The notes under the pieces: model-generated
What the model saw: only the letters and a program-made list of their open reading frames with translations
Database searches by the model: none
What the model was told of the DNA's origin: nothing
Shown here: positions 28,370 through 38,933 of the stretch, one piece after another
How the letters are laid out: the number at the start of each line of letters is the position of its first letter
Position numbering within the stretch: position 1 is the stretch's first letter
Made by a program: the position numbers and the translations under genes
NCBI GenBank assembly: GCA_030704615.1
Contig: CM060733.1
Coordinates: 186,001 to 250,000, forward strand
Direction: 5' to 3'
Origin: Takakia lepidozioides
Lineage: Eukaryota > Plantae > Bryophyta
Length of the DNA stretch: 64,000 nt

Positions 28370-31300
28370 ATGGAAGAAGAGTTGGACGTAAAAGTCCTGC
28401 TCGTTGGAGGAGATGCATCACCAAACAGGCTTGGTTCTGTGTTCACTATGCGAGGTGTCACATACAAATGCATCCGAGCAGAAATTATAGGTGATGAGCT
28501 TGTCTCAGCAAAATTTCATTTCATTTCCATGGGGGGTAGTGTCCTTTCAGCCAAGCAAGAAGAGAGGATGGTTCTGAAAGGGGATACTGTACACATTAAG
28601 ATTTCAGACCAAAACGATGGGGACCAAGGATTGAAAAGACCTCTATCTTCCAGTGGTTCTACGATCTTGCATGAGGACAGACCAGGCGAGGACCCGGCAC
28701 CAGTGTCTACCAAGATGAGGATGGACCCTGATACACCCTTTGCTGGCGATGGTAGAAATGAAGACCATGCACATGAGCATGCACTTCAGCAGAGATCTGG
28801 TAGATTGTGCAGCACGTTGGCTACATCCAACGATATTCAAAAATGGCAGAAAGATATTAGAGCCGTTGAAAGGAAAATCTCTGCAGAAGGACGATGTGAC
28901 AAGTTTGAGCTAATGACAAAGGATCAACAAGGACAAGCAATGTTCCACATATGGTGTGTTGAGTGTGAGGATGTTTATGCACGGTCTGGGAAAAACAAAC
29001 CATATGATGCATGTGCAAACTTTATGAGATCTCATTTGAGGAGTGAGAGGCATCGCATAGCCTATGAGAGGCGTCATGGGAAGGGTTCATCACAATGTGT
29101 CATCAGCCCTGTAAATGCAGATGAAGCATTAGACGCAAAGAAGAACAGGGTGAAGGAGGCATTAGAGGAAGTCGCTCGGTTTTGTGAGGACAATCCTGGA
29201 AACAGATTTGAGATTGTGGAAGCCACAATTGGAGACTATTCGCAGTTGGGTTCCATAAGGATTAGGTGCCCACTTGATTCGAAGTGGCTACTCTTGTTTC
29301 CAAGGACAGGTTCGTTGCAATCTTCTTTGACAGAGCATGTGAAAGGAAAAACTCATGTCGATGCAGAGATTTGCCAGAAGGTTGAAAGTAGTGAAGGACC
29401 TTACAAAAAGAGAGAAAGGCCTCCAAAGCCTATGATTGCCAAAGATGTAAAGCAATGGGATCTAAGCTCTTTCTTGGTCAGTCAACCTGTGTTGCCGTCC
29501 CCACCACTTGACAATCCAATTGTGGCATCAACAATGGGAGGATCCTCGTCACAAACTCCATACGCTTGTGTTGACGCTGCCCAACGGGGAGATCTGATCG
29601 AGGATTGACAATTACAGCAAAGGTCCCAATGCAACAAAGGAAGACACAGTTTGTGTTGGGGCCTATGGGATGAATGGTGGAAGTACAACCATTCCTTCAA
29701 GATAGCAAGGGAGGAAAGAAGTGGTATGTCGAGCCGTTGACAAATGCAACCATCACTCTAAACAATCAAGAGCATAAGGTTGTTGGTACGTTTCGGCACG
29801 CGGATTGTTTTAGAGTGTCATTGGATGGGGAGCCATTTCCAAACTTGAGATGTTCAGCATGTTCTTCCATTCCCTTGGAAAATGACTTCAGAATGAGGGT
29901 ATATAGAGAAAGAGGTGTCATGGAATGTAGAGGGGAGAGAGATACTGGCAAGGGAAGAAGGTTGTCATATCTTGGAAATCCGGAGATTGTCAAACAAGTT
30001 TACAAAAACAGACAGGAGTTGAGGCAGTTGAGGTTCAAATTGTGGGAGGCCAGGACCAAAGTGGCATCCTTGTCTGTGCGATGTAGGAGTTTGAAGGAGT
30101 CTGGGATTGAGGCAATTGAAAGAGGAGATGTTCTCAAATTTTGTCGTGATATTGTTGATGCACATAGGAGGGGGGATTTTGAAGGAAAAGAAAGTTTGTG
30201 GGATTTTCTTGTTGATATGGGCAAGAATATTGACAGGTCTCCACAAGGGAAGAGGTATGGTACTAGCACAAAAACAATGTTTGAGACTGTGCAACTTTGG
30301 GGGGGTCCGAGATTGCATCATTTTTTGGCTTCAAATGTGGGGGGTCCTTCTATTGATACTACAAGACGGTCTTTGAGGAAAGGTTTGAAGTATAGAGCGG
30401 GAGAAACGGATGATATATTTCAGCATGTGGCTGGAATTTACAGAGATGTGATGGAAGATGCAAATATTCCATTGGGAAGCATCCCAGTGATGGTGGCCGA
30501 AGATGAAACTGTTGTGAAGCAATTGGTACGTTGGATTGCTAGGGATGACACCCTTCTCGGGTTTTGTGGGCTTCAAGACAACCATGTATGTATTTCAAAT
30601 TTTGTGGTGCAAGTGGGAGAAGGGGAATCAGGGTACAAACATATTGTGGAGGCATTCAAAAACAATGTGGTTGCCCATTATGCTAGAGTGTTGATAGCAA
30701 ATCCTCTACATGTACGGTTACCTCGATTGGTATTGGTAATCCAGCTCACTTGCAATAGATTTGACAACAATTTTGTGAGATCACAATGGGAAGTGGTGAG
30801 ACAGTTGTGGGACAAATATGTGAGGGACGTGGTTGGGCCTATAATTGGGCATGCTTCAGACGGAGATAGTAGGAGGAGAAAAGTGATGTTAGAAGATTAT
30901 GCCAATGGGGCTGGAAGTAGATTTTGCATCCCTTGGGAAGGATGGTTGTTTACAGGTCGAGTGTGCAACGGGGGAGATATATACGGACTCCATGATCAGG
31001 ACTTCATCCACAATGGGAAAAAATTGGTAAATCCCTTGGACAGTGCATCACGGACTTTGGTGTTGGGTGATGAGGTTGCTACATTGAATCATGTGTTATT
31101 GGTCTACCATTCATTTTCAGTGGACAAGCATGGACTTCAGGAATGTGATATCAAAAGAGAAGATCGACAGAATTGGGCAGCAGCTGAACAACTGGCATCT
31201 CGGAAGGTGCAAGCTTGTTTGAGGGAGTTACAATCAACTGTGAATCATCGAAGAGAGAGGACCAAAGGTACTGAAATTTACCTATACATCATTTCATGCT

Positions 31301-32762
31301 ACATCGACATTTTTTTGTCTCCTCACATGTCATTGTGTGAGAGGGTACAATCTGCTGCGAATGTATCATTTTTTTTTTCAGATTGTGGAAGTTGTGGCTA
31401 TTCCACCACGAGGTGTATAATCTGAAATCCTTCTTCATTAGCAGGGAAGCATACTTGGATTTACAAATTTCATGCCACTACGTGGTTCTACTTATCAAAT
31501 TGTTCAAGGATAAGTTTAATCATGTGTAAGTTCTTTTGAGCCTTGTTGGTTCAGATGTGTGTGAAATATTCTTCAGCAAAGTGGGAGGTATTTTACGGAA
31601 TGAGAGGACATATGACGGGTGTGATTTGATTGAGAGTGCGGGAGCATTAACACGCATATCCGAGTTCGAGGCGAATCCAAAAGGACCCAAGTTCTCAAGA
31701 GCTCACAAGAAACAAAAACACATATGGTCTTCTTTGGAGAAGAAGCCAGGTATCCCCCTTGCTGATTTGTCCGACTTTTCTACTGTCCAGTCGGATGATT
31801 GCATTGTGGAGGCTTTGAAAACTGGATTTCTAGAAGCGCAACTTTTATGCCATAAACTTGGGATGAAACCAAACAAAGCAACAAACTTGGATTGGTGGAA
31901 TGAGCCATGGACAATTGAGAGACAAATGGAGGCGGAGCAATTCAAAAGCATGGAAGAGGAGGGTGATGATGTCGATGCCATAGATTCTATTTGTCCTCTT
32001 AATGCAGACACACATATTCAAAATGAGGTCGTGGAAGATGAATTGGTGTGCGGGCCTTCGAATTCAATGGAGGATGTTTTGAGCCAACCTTTGGATGATC
32101 ATGCGGAAGAGGTACTTGTTCAAAGTGAATTGAGACATACTCTGGATGCTGTCATTGATGAGTTTGAACAAGAGAAAGATGGATCGAAGGCAGTGGTTCC
32201 ATTTGTCAAAGTAGACGGGAAGACCATATTCAAAAGCACTTTGGTTAGCCAACTCAATGGCAACCCTACTCTATCCAAGGATAGATTGACACGAGTAAGA
32301 AGTGCATCGATGTTGTTTTGCCGAGAAAACAAACCAACTACCAACAACAAAGCCACGAGCTTGGGATTGGGTTCGGATTGTGCTGTATTTTTTGTTGATG
32401 GGGAGACTGCGATCCAAATTACAAACAGGAAAGGAAGACCAGGGAAAACCTGCAGAGGAGCAACCAAAGGCACTTGGTATTTGGGCAGGGTTCAAAGAAT
32501 GCGGAAGAAAATCAATAAGCGGTTTGTAGAATGTAGGGATTTTGTTGATTTATTGGAGCGTCCTTCTCATATGGAGATTGGGTTAGCATGGTACCAAAAA
32601 ATTCGAGGAGGGGTTTATACGTACGATTTGACGGATAATATGATGGTTGATTTGGATTCCATTATCGCGTTAGCATGTTTAAAGTACAATCTCAAGTCAA
32701 ACACATATGTTCTTGATGCAAATGACCGAAAAGTCTTTGACAACTTTATCAAAGGCAAATAA
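28370..32762 (+). mobile_element. P-element/THAP9-like DDE transposase gene, disrupted (stop 29606, frameshifts ~29670 and at the poly-T ~31370, stop ~31527)
   Basis: Ordered motifs VAEDETVVK, HASDGDSRRR, DQDFIHNGKKLVNPL (DxxHxxKxxN), DRQNWAAAEQLAS and VGSDVCEIFFSKVGG match the P-superfamily catalytic layout. N-terminal C2H2-like motifs (CVEC...HLRSERH); intron upstream of the ATG at ~28200-28358. Confidence 0.7.
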
Positions 32763-32874
32763 TTTTTTTAATTAATATGTTAGATTTTATTATGTTTTAA
32801 ATGAATAAATTCGATATAATATAAAAACATACATATACATATTGGAGGGTTATTTTTAATGATGAAAAATGAGA

Positions 32875-33017
32875 ATATACATACAGAAGGGGGTACTTTC
32901 CAAAAATTATAAATTTTTGTATATTTACAGGAGGGGATTTTATAATCTTCAAAAAGTATGTACAGAGGGGGTATAAATTATCCAAGGACCCGTATACAGG
33001 GGTTTTTTTATTAGGCG
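32875..33017 (+). mobile_element. Probable right end of the P-like element: subterminal ACAG(G)AGGGG repeats ending in TTTTTTATTAGGCG
   Basis: Three to four motif copies, then an abrupt switch to unrelated coding sequence at 33018. The reverse complement CGCCTAATAA occurs at 18439. Confidence 0.5.
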
Positions 33018-33018
33018 A

Positions 33019-33400
33019 CGAACGCACGTGATACGCACAGTTTATAAAGAGTGCACCCCCCGGGCAGCTGCAGCCCTTGTCAGTCCACATGTTCAGGCAA
33101 CAGGGAAGCATAAACGAGAACAAAAGAGATCTCGCAAGGCATTGAGTGCAGAGTATGCAAAGAAGCCCACCACTAGGGCGGATTCCAAGGTATCAATTGA
33201 CAAGGATATGGACAAGTGCCCAGGTGAAAGTACCCCCTCATCAAAGAGAGTTGTCGTGCACAAGCCCTTGGATACGAGTGAAGACAACGATCTGAGCCAC
33301 CATGATAAGAGTAACTCAATCCCAGGGGACGGTGTTGTGAAGGCCGCTCGGGGCCCTGTTGTGAAGTCACTGAACACCGTGAAGACTCCTCCCAACTTGA
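33019..33400 (+). pseudogene. 5' piece of unidentified gene A, ending in PVVKSLNTVKTPPNL
   Basis: Open frame ...DGVVKAARG-PVVKSLNTVKTPPNL; its apparent continuation (KMDADSSGAGPKKKKRK) lies on the opposite strand at 35975. Confidence 0.55.
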
Positions 33401-33946
33401 CTGCATTGTTTGGATCTTGATTGGGACAAGTGCATCAGTATTGCTCATGCACAAAAATGGAAGTTGCAAACCCTGCAACCTACAAATACAACTGCTGTCC
33501 GGAGGCAGATTGAAGAAGAAGGGGATGAAGAACAGGAGTTTGGGGGAGATGGGGAGGACTTGGCCTCCTGCTTGGATGCAGGGGACAATTTTGCCTGCAA
33601 TGCTGAAGCTGGAAACTCATAAGGGGTGGACTTCTACTTGCTCTGTTGTGAAAGGCCGGTTCACGTTGTTATGGAGACATTCACAGATGGGTGGGGAAGT
33701 ACTTTTGACCCTGGCGAGCATGTGGTTGCAGGGAGATATTACCAGTTGTGTGGAAGAAGAGATAAGGCTTACAAGTTCCTATCTGACCAGCCTTTGGCAT
33801 TTCTGTATTCGCATTTGGTGAGGGCTATCAAATTTGCTATGCCTCCAGCGACATATCGAGTCAAAGGCAAGGATGCAGTCTTCACCTTGTTTGCGGATGC
33901 ATTGGAAGGCATCAATGAAGCTCTGGCAGCAATGGAAGATCGCTAA
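33401..33946 (+). mobile_element. C-terminal piece of the Sola2-like transposase, inverted relative to its N-terminal part
   Basis: LHCLDLDWDKC...GDNFACNAE..*GVDFYLLCC...VVAGRYYQ...YSHLVRAIKF. It completes the CxCxxC-type motif begun by RDLACF at 36023 on the minus strand. Confidence 0.65.
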
Positions 33947-35079
33947 GATGGCATGTTGCAGGCCAATCCATGGTTGACGGGCAACTTCCCTTATCGGGAT
34001 GGGGTCCAATTCTCCCTTGGGTTATGTAACTCAAATATGTAGCAATGTGAATTACAAGTTGCTTGTGAGCTGAGAGATTGTTTTCGGAATTTGTATGTAT
34101 GTAGCTTTGTTATTTGGCCGCAGATTATAATTCATAATCTATAATCTATCTTGCAAGCTATGGCTGAAGAGGCTATGGCTGTGGCCAAATATGTTACAGT
34201 TCAATTGAATGTGCCTGGTGACTAGAATTCCCGCACTAGTGCTGTGGTGTATCACTTCACAAGGCGGGGAATTTCAATTTAATGTGTCTGGTTTTCTTTC
34301 TGTGATTGGTTTCTTGTTATTTGGAGTGTGTCTGCCTTCCACTCTGATCACACAATCTGTTGTCCTCCCCCTTCTCATACCAACTGGTTGGCAAAGGTGC
34401 CTGGCTATGAAGATATGGCAAAACCTCATCATAAACCCTACAACTTGTCATACTTCCTTGTCCTTTCAAAGTTCCACACCCTCGTTTTGGATAAGAAAGT
34501 GGAGAAGATCATAGCTGTAAAAATAAGGCACATGTTCCTCAAGGCACATGATCCTCAACACGCTGAAGCCGGGCGCCATTCTAGTCTGAGTTACTAACAG
34601 CCTTCCAAACACAGTGGGACAATCAAGTGGAACAGCAGCAGACCTGCTATCATACTGTCTTGATTCCCTCTTCAAAGTTAAGCCATCCTTGCATATTGAA
34701 CTGCATGCATTAAATCATACACACAAGTAATTTTTGGGCTTGGATGAAGTTGAGAGATACTATCAAACTCTCTGAAGACTTAGGCAGGCACAACTACAAA
34801 TCACATTTCTGTGCTCAATTGAGCGAAGGTAGATTGCTTAGAGCTGCTCATTACTGAGGTATATTCTGTTTAGTGAGTTGATTAGTGTCCTGACTTGGGG
34901 TACAGAACCAGCTTGTCTCTTGTAGAGAGGGGAATGATGGGAATGATGTCTGTTGGCCAGGCTTCGGTCCGCCATACCAGGGATCTTCACCAAGGAGCTA
35001 GACTAATTACTTGTATTGTTGGTGTCCGATTGCAGTTTTGTAAATGAACTATCAGAGTCAAGAAAAGGAGGATAGAGGT

Positions 35080-35975
35080 ACGCAACCGGATGTAGCCATA
35101 CCATCCACCAGTTAGTCAAATTTCAGGCGCAGACTCTGTTAAACCCACGCATGTTGGAGAATTGTAGCACAGGCAGGAAAAGCAACGGGCCTTTCAAAGC
35201 CATCTTTCTCACATAGAATGAATGACAGTAGACTGCCTGCCTGCAGGAAGGTATTCTAGCAATTCCTATCAGAAACAGATAGCAAAATAGAGTGCATTGT
35301 TTTCAAAAACCACTGTCATGATATTGCTGCCTTACTCAAACATGTACAGCATACCTATCAGCAGAAAATGAACAAAGAACAGTAATGTGCATGCCCTCAA
35401 TCCATGTCATGTGTCCATTGTGAGCTACTCGAGAAACCACAAGGGCAAATCCACATCACATGACTTGGCTGGGCACCTAATGATAACAACTAACACATCC
35501 TCTGCCAGTTTGAAACTGCTCAACATTGACATATTGTGGCACCAACCTCTACCCCATCGATGAAAGACTAGCCTTTGCTTGGTGCCTGCCTCCCAAAGTG
35601 GCCATGTCATAAATGAACAAGTACTGATGAAGAGACGAGACCTGTCCCCACAATGACAGCAGCGAGTGGTAAAGTCCTCATAGGGGCGGTCTGCTAATCA
35701 CATGCCCTGCATTGCCACCCACAATGCTCAAGATCTTACTATACTTCTGTCTTATAATTCAGCACTAGACGTATACCAGATGTATGTCCTATATATCATG
35801 CATAGAGGAGTTAAATTGCATCAGAAACTTGAGCATGAATTGGCAAAATAACAACCAAGAGTTATTCTAACATTAGTGATAAAAGCATAAGTGTACAGTA
35901 CTCAGCTTGTACCTAGTTGATATGTTTTCTTTTCTTCTTCTTAGGGCCTGCACCAGAAGAATCTGCATCCATCTT
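35080..35975 (-). pseudogene. 3' exons of unidentified gene A (decayed)
   Basis: Exons ~35975-35913, 35706-35573, 35477-35425, 35230-35081 give KMDADSSGAGPKKKKRKHIN* / GM*LADRPYEDFTTRCCHCGDRSRLFISTCSFMTWPLWEAGTKQ / RCPAKSCDVDLPLWFLE* / AGSLLSFILCEKDGFERPVAFPAC, with AG acceptors. Confidence 0.5.
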
Positions 35976-36020
35976 CAAGTTAGGTGGGGTCTTGACAGTA
36001 TTAAGGGACTTGACAACAGG

Positions 36021-38427
36021 CCAAAAACATGCTAAGTCTCGAACCATAAGTTTGGTTGGGTCTGACTTGTTCCTCCCAAGAATGGAATGTAAAGACCGAG
36101 TTCCAGGTACGGTCTTGCAATCCCACTCTTGAGTACGGTCAACATCTTTTGTACCAACAAGCCAAAAATGTCTTTTCACTGCTGTTCTAATCTTAGAGTA
36201 CGAAGAAGGAGGTCGGGTGGATAGGTTCTTGCGCAAAAAAACTACTGCCTCAGCAGCATTTTGCAGCTTCACACCATTTGAGTTTAACAGCTCTGCTCGT
36301 AAAGCCTTCTTGATCACAGCACCAGCCCCATCATGCTCACCTTTCCCGTGCCCTGATCCAAAAAAATTCCACCACATTGTGCAACCCCTTGTGATGTGGG
36401 GGTACCTACTAACAAAATATCAAGGACGAGCACCTTTAAACTGAGCAGCACAACCGTCACGCCATACCCAATGCGATTCAGATCTGAACCTTGCTTCAGC
36501 AAGGTAATTCCAATGAAACCGAAAGCAATGTTGTACGAACAGCGTGTCATGCTTGTTGTCATCAGAAATGTAAAAGTGTACATGATGATGGAGAGTGGAC
36601 ACCCCTCTCGGCAGTCCGCATGGTGTTGAACCCATCCTTCAACTCCGCCATTTCCACATGATATTTGCAGCAACAAACATTACGATCCTTCAGGCGTTTG
36701 ACAAAGAATGGCCTCAACAACTCAAACAATCGTTGACCCACTTTGACATTGGGATGGGCTGATTTGAAACGAAGAAAGAAAGCAGTTTGCATTGCCACCA
36801 CAACATGCACAAAGAGAATCCCATTTAGTGCATGCACTAAGAATACCTACTACTAGTCCTAGACCAGTCCTAGACCTAGTCTTAGTCATAGTCATTTCTC
36901 ATCATATGTCAAATTGTACAAGTACTAATCAGTCCTAGTAGTCCTAGACCCAGTCCTTCCTAGTCACAGTAAATGTATTAATTAGACCGAGTGTGAGTCC
37001 TTTCTAGTCACATATCAAGGAATGCATGTACTAACCAGTCCTAGTCCTAGTCACATACCAATGAATGCATGTCCTAATCAGTCCTAGTCCTACTTCTTTC
37101 TAGTCACATATCAAGGAATGCATGTCCAAATCGGTCCTAGTCCTAGACATTGTCCTTTTCTAGTCACATTTCAAGGAGTGCATGTACTAATGGAGTACAT
37201 GTACATCGACTTGTAGTCCCTCCAAATCAAATTACATGGAGTGCATGCTATTTTGTCCTATCTAGTCATAATATAAGGAGTGCATGCTAGTGAGTCGTAC
37301 TTCTAGTCCATCCCAGGCCTGTTTACAATGAGTACCAGTCCATGAACAAGAGGGACATCTTCAAGACACTCCAATTCAGGACATGAGTTGGATATAGTGT
37401 CCACAATTGAGTACAGTAATCTCAGTGCACTGGTAGGTTTACAGGTGACGATGTACCTTGTCTAGGGAAAATGTACGAGGCAACCCAAACAACACAATGG
37501 CAGTTGACAAACTCCAACATAGTCCAATACAGTTATGTACAGTAGTAAGTGTAGAAGGATTGTAAAGTACTGAGAGCCCACACAAACACTGTAAAGAGAG
37601 GGTTCGCTTACCTGAGTCTCAAGAAGATAGTGAACAGGTTGTGTATCATAGACTTTCCTCGATACGCGCTGCCTCACGACATCTTTCTTGTTGGGTGACA
37701 CTCGTGTCTCATTTACCCACCAAGCCAAAACGATCGTTCGGGTCGCATCTGGTACATGATCAGACCTTTTCTTTCTCCCACCCAAAGCCCACAAACCCTC
37801 ACCTTCTGACTCAATGACTCTTTGTCGTACAATTGCACGACTAATATTGCTATGATGAATATTAAGGATACGAGCCGTTGCCCTCACAGCAGTGGTATGG
37901 GTTCCACTAACAGACGCTGTTAAGAATGAGCATTTACTCGCAAGCTTATCTAAAGACTGCACACCCTTAACAAGTTGCATGGAGCTCTGCTGGTTCTTCA
38001 ACAGATTTGCATGCGCCTTGGCCTCCTTAGGCGGCAAGTAATAGGCAGGTAAGCTGAGTTTAATGAGATGGTGACCCAAAAATAACTCCATTACCTCTGT
38101 TTGTGAATGAAGTGTTGGGCATTCTCTCAATTGCTTGTAACAGAAGTCGGCCATTTTCAAAGCTATTCTCCTCTTGTCTCGTTCTCCAAACCCCACCCTG
38201 GCATCTTCCACAGAACCTTGCCCAGACGTTGTAGTAGCCGCATTAATCTCTGCCTCTTTTTGGGCTTGAAGTCTCTCCCTATACATTCTTTTCTGGTCAG
38301 CGTGGGTTTGTTTGCGTGTATCCTCGGTGGGCCTGGCTGCAGCCAACAAAGCCAGTTTTGCCCTTTTTTGGGGGCCTGGTCTTACCTCTCCATTTACCCT
38401 ATACTTGTTCTTCTTGTTCCCCATTGA
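36021..38427 (-). mobile_element. Sola2-like DDD transposase, N-terminal and catalytic part (decayed; intron ~37611-36787)
   Basis: Motifs RKKRSD, LRPFFVK, DRNVCCCKYH, HFYISDDNKHD, WVWRDGCAAQFK, WNFFGSGHGKGEHDGAGAVIK, VPGTRSLH. The DGCAAQFK + HGKGxxDG pair is characteristic of Sola2-type transposases. Confidence 0.72.
36845..37330. repeat. Degenerate minisatellite (TAGTCCTAG / CTAGTCACAT..AAGGAATGCATGT) inside the transposase intron
   Basis: Multiple ~45-60-bp imperfect units. Confidence 0.75.
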
Positions 38428-38724
38428 AAACTGATACAACTGTTAGCACAGTATAGAGATCGGAAACCAGACAACAGTTTGCTTAAGTGTACTCTCTCTC
38501 CCAATGGTTGTCCCAGTCCAATTCAGTTGTATGAAAACATGGCCTGCAAAACAACCCAAAGCAAATGTGAGAAGAATATCAACACTCTCGGTTTTGTTGC
38601 ACCAATTTACACCAAGTAGGAAAATCTGCAATGAATATGACAACAAATGGGAGAGCCCCCACCTTTACTTGTTATGTAATCAGCCACAAACCCAATGCTT
38701 CCACGATTTACTTCACCATTCCTA

Positions 38725-38933
38725 TTATTCTCTCGCCCTTGTCGTCCGGACTGTGGACAAAATCAAAATGTCGACTTCACGTCCTTGAAACCCATCCACA
38801 GTATTGAACTCAATATCACATGCTGCACCAAAACCTAATGCACGAATAAAGCGATTCTGAAGCAGTAATAGCTGCTGCTTGTACAGTGTAATTATTATCC
38901 CAAAGCGCCCTGGCCTCACCTCAGCTGAATACC
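38725..38933 (-). pseudogene. Isolated exon of a SEN1/senataxin-like (UPF1-family) helicase
   Basis: tttaccag|RYSAEVRPGRFGIIITLYKQQ...DIEFNTVDGFQGREVDILILSTVR carries helicase motifs IV-V. No other helicase exons seen nearby. Confidence 0.8.

Noticed and set aside
35080-35975. U-to-C RNA editing rescuing the stop codons
   Set aside because: Such editing is organellar; this is intron-containing nuclear DNA where C-to-T decay explains the stops.
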